Shown here piece after piece: positions 8,381-17,170 of a stretch of DNA of 29,834 nucleotides (position 1 is the first letter of the stretch; every line of letters starts with the position of its first letter). A program made the position numbers and the translations under genes. The notes below the pieces were generated by a model. That model worked only from the letters and a program-made list of their open reading frames with translations. It was not told where the DNA came from and did no database searches. Origin of the DNA: a virus; the IMG/VR virus record IMGVR_UViG_2889178456_000001, one strand, 5' to 3'.

Positions 8381-8698
8381 TTACGGGGATGGAGCTGCGG
8401 CAGGCTCTTCATACCATTCAGGCAGCTCATCAGTGGCGACCAAGCCAAATTCAGCGGGCTCATCAGGGGCTCCATTGGCGTGAACAACACTGTCCTCAAG
8501 GTCTTCTATGTCTTCCCAGGTTAGTTTATGCCATGCACGTTCATAGAGGGCATGCGCACGAATGATTTCCCCCTCCTCCCTATCGTAGACAAAGCGGGTT
8601 GGCATCAGCCTGTCACCATCATCCGTACCAATGAAGTGCTCCCAAGCCTCGCTGCCATCCATGTCCGGGTCTGCGATTAGGTATCTTTTGTCTGTCAT
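8381..8698 (-). CDS. Acidic hypothetical protein; tail EEPAAAPSP
   Basis: Probable start ATG 8698 (MTDKRY) after AGGAG; 105 aa. Confidence 0.75.
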   Translation of the reverse strand: MTDKRYLIADPDMDGSEAWEHFIGTDDGDRLMPTRFVYDREEGEIIRAHALYERAWHKLTWEDIEDLEDSVVHANGAPDEPAEFGLVATDELPEWYEEPAAAPSP

Positions 8699-8808
8699 CT
8701 GGAAAGTCTCCTGTTTCTCTCTCAACGAAATACGGCGGCTGGTTGCAAGTGTCCCGGCCGCCGTATTCATGTCTCATATCGCCCATAGTCGAGCGAAAAT
8801 ATGATCGC

Positions 8809-9933
8809 TTACATTGTCATGGTTGCTGCCTCAGGAAGATCCCGCTCTTCGCCCTTGTAGGCAAGCGTATCCATCCCGCAGGCTTCCTCACCTACGTCGG
8901 TGCGCACGCACTTATACACGGGCTGGTAGAGCGAACCACCGCGATTGGCATTCATATATTCCACCTCGATCAGGTCACCTGGTTTAGGGATATCTGCATT
9001 CGATGGGATCGTGACATTGCCCACATCAGTCCAGGCTCCGTCTGCATTCATCATCTCGAGGGAAACGCTGCGTTTCGTACCGTTTCCCCCCTTCACGCGA
9101 GCCGTGCAGCTCGCGATGAACTTGTACTTGCGGGCCTGACCGCCTGAGCTGGGACGACCCGGCTCGTAAACGCTGTCGGCATGACGCGCCACAAACCCTT
9201 CACCGCCAGACTTGAAGATCTCGTTGTGACGTTTTTCAAAGAACTCGGAAGCTGGCAGTGGAACCTCCACACGAAGTGCTTTCATATTTTGTCCTGCGGC
9301 GTAGTCGCGGAGGCCCTCTAAGATATCTGATCGCTCCGCAAAAGTGGCACTCTCGTCCATTTGGGGGTACTTGATAACATCGAAGATCACGATGTGATCG
9401 CCCATGTCCTCGCCATCAAGAATGACCTCTTCGCCGTCGCCAATGTCGAGAGCGAATTTTGCGATGTCATCAGCAATCTTCTTGTTAACGCCAACCTCCA
9501 GACCATTCCGGTTTGCGAACTGGATGCCCTCAGGTCCGATCACTACCCCGCGTCTCTCGCCATCATATTTTTCTCCGATCAGCCAATCGTCTCCGAAACC
9601 ACGTGCTTCATTAGCTTCGACTGTGTTCAATAGCTGTGGCCTGAATGCTGTCTTGCGGCCTGCATTTTCAGCCGAGGAGAAAACTTCACCGGAAATCTCT
9701 GTCGTATAGCCTTTTCGATCTCTCTTCTCTTTCAGGGCTTTGTTGTAGGCCTTCAGTGCTTCTTCGTATGGAACAGGCCCCTTGGTCTTCTCGCCCTCCC
9801 TCAGGGCCTTACCCCGTCTACCATGCTGAGTGAAAACACGGTATCCATCCCCATCTCGCTTTAGCTGCATGCTGTATTGCTTGTCAGACGATCCCTCAGT
9901 CAGAAATAGATCGATGCTCAGTTCTTCGCTCAT
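8809..9933 (-). CDS. WGR-domain ATP-dependent DNA ligase-like protein; tail PEAATMTM
   Basis: N-terminal WGR-like domain (SSDKQY...HGRRG...KRDRKGY); nucleotidyltransferase motifs EKYDGER, LDGE, FDV, EGFV, KYKF; C-terminal OB fold (IEVEY...LYQP...RTD). Confidence 0.85.
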   Translation of the reverse strand: MSEELSIDLFLTEGSSDKQYSMQLKRDGDGYRVFTQHGRRGKALREGEKTKGPVPYEEALKAYNKALKEKRDRKGYTTEISGEVFSSAENAGRKTAFRPQLLNTVEANEARGFGDDWLIGEKYDGERRGVVIGPEGIQFANRNGLEVGVNKKIADDIAKFALDIGDGEEVILDGEDMGDHIVIFDVIKYPQMDESATFAERSDILEGLRDYAAGQNMKALRVEVPLPASEFFEKRHNEIFKSGGEGFVARHADSVYEPGRPSSGGQARKYKFIASCTARVKGGNGTKRSVSLEMMNADGAWTDVGNVTIPSNADIPKPGDLIEVEYMNANRGGSLYQPVYKCVRTDVGEEACGMDTLAYKGEERDLPEAATMTM

Positions 9934-10064
9934 GACGTTCTCCTTTTGTTCTCTTTATAGATAAGCCTAATTTCGAAAGCTGCGCAATAAGTTTTAGCTA
10001 ACCTCGAAGCAAATATTTAAACATCTTCATGATAAGGTTGGGCATCAATAAACTGGATTTGATT

Positions 10065-10415
10065 ATGGATCATTATAATAAACTCACCCCGGCTGAAGCC
10101 GAACGCCTTGCAATGCTTTCTGAAGAAGCAGGTGAAATTGTACAAGCGGTATCAAAGATACTTCGTCATGGATACGCCAACTATCATCCTGACGATCCGA
10201 CTACCGACAACCGGGATCTCTTGTCCGCCGAAATCACAGATATGATGGCTGTTCTAAGCATCATGGAAAACAATAACGACCTCACCACTGACTTTGATCT
10301 GGACTTTGATGACAGCAATGAAAGCATCAAAAAAGCTATTGCAAAGAAGATGCGGTATGCTCGCCACCAGAACGATGAAACCATCAAGGCTGGTGACGCA
10401 ATAGAGTACAAATAA
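10065..10415 (+). CDS. MazG-like nucleotide pyrophosphohydrolase
   Basis: LSEEAGEIVQAVSKILRHG...AEITDMMA matches the EExxE...ExxD all-alpha NTP-PPase pattern; probable start 10065. Confidence 0.8.
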   Translation: MDHYNKLTPAEAERLAMLSEEAGEIVQAVSKILRHGYANYHPDDPTTDNRDLLSAEITDMMAVLSIMENNNDLTTDFDLDFDDSNESIKKAIAKKMRYARHQNDETIKAGDAIEYK

Positions 10416-10499
10416 GCTATCGACGCTATACCTGAGATATCAATAGTTGAAATCTCGTAAATTTCTACAAGTTAACTAAGATACTAGGAAAGATATCTA

Positions 10500-10886
10500 A
10501 TGACTTGCAGAACAGCGATCATTCATAGCGCTTCGGTCCTTCCGCACGGAAAGAACTTCACAATGCGACTGATCCTGCCCGGAGATATCTCGGGCGGGCC
10601 CTCCTCCGGGATCCATAATGGAGATCCTGTGGTGGAATTTTATGATGCAGACATGAAGGGAAGCTGTGTCGACGGAGAATGCTACGGAAGATTTGTAGCA
10701 GACTACTATATGACAACGCTAGAGAGCGCCTTTGAGAGGTCAGAGACAATGTCCCTTCATGATGCTGCCGGTGTATGGACCCTGGATGCAAACGCGACAG
10801 AAGATGCCTTCAAAACACTCGCGGATTGGAAGCTTGATTTGATTGAGTTCGATCCGGAACCCGCTGAAATGGGGATGTCTTTCTAG
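10500..10886 (+). CDS. Hypothetical protein of the PxVEFYD family; tail EPAEMGMSF
   Basis: AGGA RBS; GDPVVEFYDAD...YGRFVADYY motif; paralogue at 14895..15272. Confidence 0.8.
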   Translation: MTCRTAIIHSASVLPHGKNFTMRLILPGDISGGPSSGIHNGDPVVEFYDADMKGSCVDGECYGRFVADYYMTTLESAFERSETMSLHDAAGVWTLDANATEDAFKTLADWKLDLIEFDPEPAEMGMSF

Positions 10887-10957
10887 GTAATTAATTCAGC
10901 CTTCGTTTGTCAATTTGCAAAGCGGTGCATATCTAATATGCATTGGAGGAATTCCTT

Positions 10958-11263
10958 ATGCAAAACGAATTTGTCGAAGACGCACCATTTATTCATATCG
11001 AAGGCGATGACCTGAAAGAGAGTGACCTTTCATCTGGCACATATCGGAAGCCGGTAACGAACATCGTGCTAGCGAGAATCCCAAAGAAGGTTTGGAATTA
11101 CTTTGATGACGCTGCGGTTTCCGTAATTAAATCCTACAGGGCAGCTGATAAGAAAGTAGAACAGATCTTCGATGGCGAGATTGCCGGGGGACCGCTTGGT
11201 CGTATGATGTCCGCCTTGGGTCGCGACGTTGAAGTCAACAAACAACCTGGCATGGGTCGCTAA
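10958..11263 (+). CDS. Hypothetical protein; tail KQPGMGR
   Basis: GGAGG RBS before ATG 10958 (MQNEFV). Confidence 0.75.
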   Translation: MQNEFVEDAPFIHIEGDDLKESDLSSGTYRKPVTNIVLARIPKKVWNYFDDAAVSVIKSYRAADKKVEQIFDGEIAGGPLGRMMSALGRDVEVNKQPGMGR

Positions 11264-11407
11264 ACCTCTTGGGGATCGATCTCCATATATCTACAGGATA
11301 TTACGAGATCCACATGGTGCCTGGCGTAGCGGCTGCGCTATATGTTGCGTATTTCATACTACCTTACAAATAATAAATGAAACACAAAATTTAAGTGAGG
11401 CTTAATC

Positions 11408-12226
11408 ATGTCTGCTCCAGAAAATAATAGATCAGCAAGGGAAATTACGAAGGATTTTCGAACGCATAGAAAAATGCAGGCTACTCAAGAAAAGTTTCTG
11501 GAGGATAACATGGAACGGTATAGAAAAGCGTCCTCTACTCTTAATTCTTCAACACCCGAAGCAGCTCATGCTCTAAATCTCCAAGAGATTGTTGACCATG
11601 AAGCGGTTCTGGTTATGGAAACTATTGATAGAATGGAGCAGCATAGACAGCAAAAGGTCAACTCTTTTGAAGAAGGCATGCACCTAGAGGCTGTAAGCGA
11701 CGTCAATAAAAACCAGCACAAGAGATCCCGTGATAGATCAGCCCTAGACGATAACAGATCACTACTTAGAGATCACAATGGGGTCATTGTGCGGTCAAAG
11801 AAACAGAGTAATTTCTATGAGGACCAGAGTTTAATCGTAGCAAGATTGAGGAGCAAAATCGATGAATTGCTTAAAGACCAACCTCTAGGCTCAGACACTC
11901 ATAGTCGCTTGATGGAAAGGAGGCAATATTTTGAGAATACTAGGAAATATTGCCATGAGCAAGTGGACCACCATACTGGCGTCAAAAATGAAGCAAAAAA
12001 ATGGTCCGAAGAAGTAAAGAAAGAGATCTCCCATCTAAAGTCTGATGGATCGGTACGTGCCATGCTCAGTAAGTTCTTCGAAAACGTAAAAGAAACTTTC
12101 GAATCCGGTATCAGTGGAAAAGCCCGCCCTACCGTAATACTCTCTGGTGGTCGCCTAGGATTTGAAGTGGATCCGCATGAACCTGATGCGCCTCAGGGCC
12201 ACGGGAATAACCGTTCACCGAAATAA
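11408..12226 (+). CDS. Charged coiled-coil hypothetical protein (AT-richer than neighbours)
   Basis: 272 aa; GAGG RBS; helical and highly charged; low-complexity C-terminus. Confidence 0.8.
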   Translation: MSAPENNRSAREITKDFRTHRKMQATQEKFLEDNMERYRKASSTLNSSTPEAAHALNLQEIVDHEAVLVMETIDRMEQHRQQKVNSFEEGMHLEAVSDVNKNQHKRSRDRSALDDNRSLLRDHNGVIVRSKKQSNFYEDQSLIVARLRSKIDELLKDQPLGSDTHSRLMERRQYFENTRKYCHEQVDHHTGVKNEAKKWSEEVKKEISHLKSDGSVRAMLSKFFENVKETFESGISGKARPTVILSGGRLGFEVDPHEPDAPQGHGNNRSPK

Positions 12227-12291
12227 TATCTTAAGCGCTCCTGTGGTATTACCATTTCAGACATACGCGATTTTTCCACAGGAAACCCACG

Positions 12292-12444
12292 ATGTTTAAC
12301 AATCAGATGACCCCACAGGAAATTATCAAAGCTTGGCAGAGCCAGGCAAGGTCTGACCTCGAAGCAGCTAGAAGCATGCGCAATCATTGGCAGAGTGAAG
12401 TTGAGCGCCTTGAGAGGAAGATCGACAGCCTAGATGGCTCCTGA
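12292..12444 (+). CDS. 50-aa coiled-coil miniprotein (below the ORF-track cutoff)
   Basis: MFNNQMTPQEIIKAWQSQARSDLEAARSMRNHWQSEVERLERKIDSLDGS*; AGGA RBS; WQS occurs twice. Confidence 0.6.
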   Translation: MFNNQMTPQEIIKAWQSQARSDLEAARSMRNHWQSEVERLERKIDSLDGS

Positions 12445-12602
12445 GGTCGCTTCAGAGCCAAAGAAGGTCCCCAGCACCCAATCAAACAGCTCTTGGTGGT
12501 CTGAAAACCCTGGATGAGTATAACGGATAACACCATATAAACAGAATGTTCCCGGCATACTAAACATTGAGCGTTGGGAACATTGCCTACCTGATGAGAA
12601 TG

Positions 12603-12848
12603 TCAGCGCCGTGTCGGCACGAAGATCGGCTCCGGTCGCGGGCCGTAGGAATTGAAATCTTCCATAATAGCTTTGATTTCTTCCATCTTCTCTTCAGGAA
12701 CGTGTTCCCACATCGCCTCGATGGCATCTGCAAGCATCTCACCTTGCTTGCAAGAGAGAGGAGCATCGAGTTCCCGATCTTCGTCGATTTTGCCAACCAG
12801 AGGATGCCAAATACGCTCCCGGAGATAAATGCTGATGGAATTCGCCAA
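12603..12848 (-). CDS. Small hypothetical protein; tail PRPEPIFVPTRR
   Basis: 81 aa; GAGG RBS upstream; protein-like composition. Confidence 0.65.
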   Translation of the reverse strand: MANSISIYLRERIWHPLVGKIDEDRELDAPLSCKQGEMLADAIEAMWEHVPEEKMEEIKAIMEDFNSYGPRPEPIFVPTRR

Positions 12849-12991
12849 AATAAAATACCTCTATACTTAACCAAGCTCTGGATTTGCAGACACCATATTA
12901 GATCACAGCCATTAAGTCCATATCAATTATACGCAGCCACAATACAACTTTGAACTATCAATACTCAACCATTACCCCAAATTAAGATGAA

Positions 12992-13027
12992 ACTATAGGG
13001 AGCTGTAATACTTCAGCGCCCTATAGT
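12992..13027 (-). terminator. Hairpin/terminator after the 13038 gene
   Basis: ACTATAGGG-A-GCTG...CAGC-G-CCCTATAGT inverted repeat 10 nt past the stop. Confidence 0.6.
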
Positions 13028-13037
13028 AAGTGCACAT

Positions 13038-14153
13038 TTACTGTTTAGCACGATGAACCGTGATCACTTCACTGTTTCTACAGTCGAGAATACTATCGAC
13101 GCTATCTCTTACTCTCAACCATGTAGATTTACTGACCAGTCCACAATCGAACCAAAGACAGACATGGAATCCAAACGATCTCGCTTGAGATAACACCAAC
13201 TCAAGCGTTCCGATTCCAAATTCAATATCGGAGATCTTTACGATGACGGGCCTAGGCTCCCTAGAATTCCTTCCGAGATTTTGCACCCCAATAAGACCTG
13301 AATTTGAGTGCATATACATGCTTAATAGCCAGCTAAGCGCACTAAAACCGTTCCCAAATCCAGATTGCGGGCAGGAGAGACGCAAATCATCCGCCAGAGA
13401 TTTTGGGTGAACCCACCCATCCTGCGATAGGTTTACAAAATTTTCGTGTGTCTCTTCCAGCATCGAGATGTTACCGCCCAGAACGATGCTATGTTTCCTA
13501 TCGAAAACATCGCGGCCCAATTTTTTGCCCGCTTTGTGGTCGCGTGTCTGGGTAAAGACACCCTTCTGATCTATAAGCACATCATTCTCAGTTAGGGCAT
13601 GTGGATCATCAATGGTAAACGTATAGGGATCTTTCGGGAGGTAGCTTGCCAACTTAGCGATAGAGACCCTTGCAGTTTCGCACGTATCCCATGAAGCCAT
13701 CTTCTTCTCAGCCTCTAGAAGCTGCCCCAAGGTAAGATTTCTAAATAGGCAGTTTTGGTCGAACATCATGCGAATACTATTGCCTTCAACCTTAGCAAGG
13801 ATGTCACCTAGATGCCTTGCTTGTTGGCTACTTAATATTTCGCCTGTAGATCTTTCCTTCCAAAACTTAAAGAGAGCCACGATTTCTCGTGTATAACTGC
13901 TTTCAAATAGAACCCTGTCGTATCTGATTGGAGGCCCTGAAGAAGGTGATGGCGTATCTACAGAGCGCTTCTCCTTGAGGCTTAATGCGCTTCTTAGATG
14001 CCCCCAGCTTTCGAAACCGTGAATTTTGGAGATCAGCTCGAGACATTGACTGTGACCCAGGGGAGTGGTCCCCTTCAGTGCATAGGTTAGGCGCCGGGCC
14101 TGTGATTTTGCAATGTCTAGAGTTTCAGGCGTACCTGGTATTGTATGGTTCAT
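13038..14153 (-). CDS. 'Glyoxalase superfamily' N-terminal helical domain fused to a divergent C-terminal domain
   Basis: AKSQARRL...LGHSQCLELISKIHGFESWGHL is the typical N-domain signature. The C-terminal VLSQARSFGFHV resembles the QARS motif of VirD4/HerA-like ATPases, but no intact Walker A is visible. Confidence 0.7.
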   Translation of the reverse strand: MNHTIPGTPETLDIAKSQARRLTYALKGTTPLGHSQCLELISKIHGFESWGHLRSALSLKEKRSVDTPSPSSGPPIRYDRVLFESSYTREIVALFKFWKERSTGEILSSQQARHLGDILAKVEGNSIRMMFDQNCLFRNLTLGQLLEAEKKMASWDTCETARVSIAKLASYLPKDPYTFTIDDPHALTENDVLIDQKGVFTQTRDHKAGKKLGRDVFDRKHSIVLGGNISMLEETHENFVNLSQDGWVHPKSLADDLRLSCPQSGFGNGFSALSWLLSMYMHSNSGLIGVQNLGRNSREPRPVIVKISDIEFGIGTLELVLSQARSFGFHVCLWFDCGLVSKSTWLRVRDSVDSILDCRNSEVITVHRAKQ

Positions 14154-14161
14154 GATAAATT

Positions 14162-14335
14162 TCCTTCATGTGAAGGGGTTCAGTTGGAAGCTCGACCCAT
14201 GACAACCTAAACCCCATTATGAAAGGAGATTTAATGGTATAAGAGTATGCGCATATTCTTCTTAGGCAGATGCCCGGGCCGGAAAGGCTATGCGCGGCAC
14301 AAGATCAATGTACCGCGCAGCAATAATAAATTCAA
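14162..14335 (-). promoter_or_regulatory. Promoter plus structured leader of about 150 nt for the 13038 gene
   Basis: TTGAAT(14335-14330)-N17-TACATT(14312-14307); inverted repeat 14291-14301/14309-14319; palindrome 14241-14260; long stem 14162-14227 covering the GAAGGA RBS. Confidence 0.55.
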
Positions 14336-14394
14336 TACCTAGATGAATAGATTCTCAAGAAGAAGATCGTGAGACTAGACGCACAAGCAATAAT

Positions 14395-14763
14395 TCAGGC
14401 CGCGTCTTGTGCCTCCATCAGCGCCTTTTGGAATACTGCCGGAGAGATCGGCTCAGAGAACCCAATCGCGTCCAGATTAATGTATGTACAATTCTTCTTT
14501 AGAGAGAAGGCGCAGAACATCGCACGGTTGAGCTGGGTCGGGAAGTCCTTACTCGATGGAGTAAAGCTCACCGCAACGGAGTTAGCCCAGCGGTCAAAAT
14601 AACCGTCGCCGATATCCAGCTGAGGTTTGTCAGTGTGCGTCAGGTAGCGGACTTGTCGACCCAAATACCTACCATACAGGTGCGGACACTCACCGTTATC
14701 AAAGGTGCCGACACGGTCACAGTTGCGAACTAGCCAGGCGAGAATTGGATCGGTAATGTTCAT
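14395..14763 (-). CDS. Hypothetical protein
   Basis: 122-aa ORF with an AT-rich upstream region; DIGDGYFDRWANS motif-like stretch. Confidence 0.7.
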   Translation of the reverse strand: MNITDPILAWLVRNCDRVGTFDNGECPHLYGRYLGRQVRYLTHTDKPQLDIGDGYFDRWANSVAVSFTPSSKDFPTQLNRAMFCAFSLKKNCTYINLDAIGFSEPISPAVFQKALMEAQDAA

Positions 14764-14894
14764 AATAATACATTTCTATTGATGGTTCGTTATGTTTATA
14801 ATCATAACTAACTTTGATATCAATAACTAAATATCGCCTAGGCCATGGTTAATCACCATCAATCTATGGTGGCCACCTGACAGTCGAAGGTCTC

Positions 14895-15272
14895 CTACAT
14901 AGCCATCCCAGGCGTCTGATCATTCTCATAGGTTGCCTGAACCTCACGCAGCATACCAAGAAGGCGACTGCACTGTGACTTGCTGAGTCCCCACTGAGGT
15001 ACATTTACAGTAGTCGATAGATCGATGCCTGCTTTGGCCTCTTCGAGGCGATCTATGAGGTCACCTAGAGGCTCTGACAGCAACTTGTGGCCGTACGCGT
15101 TGCCATCGCGGTCAACATGCCCTCTGTAGTCGGCATCAAATATCTCAACGAGAGGCTCACCTTCTACCTGTTCACTCATGGACATCATTGTAGCGGCCGT
15201 CCACATTCCTGGCTCCACAACACGAGCCGTCAGCTTTTTGCCGAGCTCACGCTTAAAATTCATCTGGTTCAT
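14895..15272 (-). CDS. Hypothetical protein of the PxVEFYD family (paralogue of 10500); tail DQTPGMAM
   Basis: Probable start ATG 15272 (MNQMNF); GEPLVEIFDADYRG...DGNAYG. Confidence 0.75.
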   Translation of the reverse strand: MNQMNFKRELGKKLTARVVEPGMWTAATMMSMSEQVEGEPLVEIFDADYRGHVDRDGNAYGHKLLSEPLGDLIDRLEEAKAGIDLSTTVNVPQWGLSKSQCSRLLGMLREVQATYENDQTPGMAM

Positions 15273-15402
15273 TCCGACACCCTTATTCGCTCTTATGCAG
15301 ATAAGGTTGCTCTGAACCTGAAATCCGCAACTCGCGCTTCTCGGTCTTTTCATATTTCGGAAATGAACTATCATGCCCTCTCAGGAAGAGAACGAGGACA
15401 GC

Positions 15403-15699
15403 ATGATCAAATCAGAGTTGGTAAGTCGCATCGCAGAAGAGTTCGCGCTTTCACGCAAAGTGTCCGAACGTGCGGTAAGTCAGATTTTCGACGAGATCAT
15501 TGAGCAGATGGCATCTGGTGGGCGTGTCGAAATTAGAGACTTTGGTGTCTTTGGCACATCGGAATATGATTCCAGCGTAGGACGGAACCCACGCACAGGA
15601 GAGAGTGTAGAACTCCCCGCCCGAACGCTTCCTAGGTTCAAGGCGGGAAGAGGGTTGAGTAAACGGCTCAATCAGGACTTCGAAAAAGAGAACTCTTAA
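15403..15699 (+). CDS. ihfB: Integration host factor beta / HU-family nucleoid protein
   Basis: MIKSELVSRIAE N-terminus, RVEIRDFGVF, GRNPRTGE arm, PRFKAG; GAGGA RBS before 15403. Confidence 0.8.
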   Translation: MIKSELVSRIAEEFALSRKVSERAVSQIFDEIIEQMASGGRVEIRDFGVFGTSEYDSSVGRNPRTGESVELPARTLPRFKAGRGLSKRLNQDFEKENS

Positions 15700-16364
15700 G
15701 CCACACCGGGAGACGACGATGGTCCCGTTAGCCTATCGTACTCCGGATCATCTGGTGACAGAGACTCGCTTAAATCGAAATCCTTGCATCCCCTATAGAA
15801 GCCATCTTTGATTTCTTCCCAGTTTTGGAGCAATCTTTCTTCACGCATCTTCGAGGGTGGCGTGTAGCCTTCCTGAAACACAGCAATCAGATCAGCAGGC
15901 ATGGCTGGGTTCGCTTCGTCCGCAAAAGCTTGCTGGATGATGGACCACTGGATATCCGCATCACGAAGTGCAATGCGCTCTTCCAGACTGCTCCGTGTGA
16001 TTTCAATCATCTCGCCCAGATCGTTCTCGATGGATACCAGGTGACCAGCCTGCATTTCGGGTAGCTTCGACAAGTCCAGGGGATCGAACTGAAGATCTTT
16101 AAGGGGCTCATCGGTGGGTCCGAAAGCAACGTTCCCACTTGATAGGGCTGCCTGATACTTGTGCTTCAGCTCGTCCCACATCTGGATAATCACTTCATCG
16201 CTGAATCTCACAAGGTGAGACATGTGAGTTTGTAGGGCCTGAACCCCAGGATTGCGTACACCTAGGCTGATCGCATGGTTTGCCATATGTGTGATTACAT
16301 CACTTTTTGGGACGCGGATCTTTTCCCCATCAAAGGTCTTAATATCAAGTTGTGTATCGGTCAT
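15696..16364 (-). CDS. Hypothetical protein with two repeated domains; tail GPSSSPGVA
   Basis: 222 aa; the halves IKTFDGEKIRVPKSDV...IIQMWDELKHKY and IENDLGEMIEITRSSL...LLQNWEEIKDGF resemble each other. Confidence 0.8.
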   Translation of the reverse strand: MTDTQLDIKTFDGEKIRVPKSDVITHMANHAISLGVRNPGVQALQTHMSHLVRFSDEVIIQMWDELKHKYQAALSSGNVAFGPTDEPLKDLQFDPLDLSKLPEMQAGHLVSIENDLGEMIEITRSSLEERIALRDADIQWSIIQQAFADEANPAMPADLIAVFQEGYTPPSKMREERLLQNWEEIKDGFYRGCKDFDLSESLSPDDPEYDRLTGPSSSPGVA

Positions 16365-16532
16365 AGTTTTCTCAAATTTATATGGTTACGCAGTGATATT
16401 TACTCATAGATCACGAATGTATCCAGTATTTCAGTTGGCAACCAAGACCCTTAAGGTTCGCTATATGCTGAGCTTGAACCAGATAACTACCTATGCTTGT
16501 ATGCGGGCTCAATATTCAATTCTGGTGAACAC

Positions 16533-16829
16533 ATGTTAAAACGAACGGCTTTTGTTATCTCCTTTTCCTTTTTCGTCCCCATATTAGCAAACGCGGCTGA
16601 TCTCTCCCCTGCGCACATATCGCAGTCTTGCTTTGCATTGCCGGTTTCCAAAACGAAGGCCTTCATAAGCTGCTCAGACGCCCGCCTGACGTACACGCTG
16701 GCTGACTGCGAGGTATCGCTGGGCGGAGACCGAAAAATGCGCTGTAGGGGCTCTAGGAGCAAAGACGTGAGAGCGACCTGCATTGCCAGAGAAAGTGACG
16801 ACAGGATGCTCCCCCTCACCTGCAAATAA
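16533..16829 (+). CDS. Small secreted Cys-rich protein
   Basis: Sec signal MLKRTAFVISFSFFVPILANA|A; six Cys in the mature part. Confidence 0.65.
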   Translation: MLKRTAFVISFSFFVPILANAADLSPAHISQSCFALPVSKTKAFISCSDARLTYTLADCEVSLGGDRKMRCRGSRSKDVRATCIARESDDRMLPLTCK

Positions 16830-16936
16830 GGGCGCGAGACAAAATTCTGATCTTGTTGCAAAAATGTATTATCATGTATTGACATGGTTAGTGGGAGCAT
16901 GGTTACATGGATAGGTAATCAAGGGAAACTTATTTC

Positions 16937-17116
16937 ATGTCCACTACCCATACTTCCAGCTACAAGACCAATGTTTCGGCCGGTATCACAGCCTTGACTG
17001 GAGATGCTGCGGCCTTTGAGACGCAGGTGAATGCATTCTTTTCTAAACATCCTGATGCAGAAGATCTGCTGACAGCAAACGAAGCCGCAGAGCAGATCGT
17101 GCTCGGTGTGATCTAA
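16937..17116 (+). CDS. 59-aa miniprotein (below the ORF-track cutoff)
   Basis: MSTTHTSSYKTNVSAGITALTGDAAAFETQVNAFFSKHPDAEDLLTANEAAEQIVLGVI*; AAGGGA RBS, TTGACA at 16879, terminator directly downstream. Confidence 0.7.
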   Translation: MSTTHTSSYKTNVSAGITALTGDAAAFETQVNAFFSKHPDAEDLLTANEAAEQIVLGVI

Positions 17117-17133
17117 GAAGAACCCTCCAAACG

Positions 17134-17170
17134 AAAAGATGGCCCTCTGATAAACAGAGAGCCATCTTTT
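17134..17170. terminator. Bidirectional intrinsic terminator
   Basis: AAAAGATGGC-C-CTCTG-ATAAA-CAGAG-A-GCCATCTTTT between the miniprotein gene and hns. Confidence 0.8.

Noticed and set aside
12430-12567. 45-aa minus-strand ORF MFSMPGTFCLYGVIRY...
   Set aside because: The RBS is weak, it has no motif, and it overlaps the end of the better-supported 12292..12444 gene.
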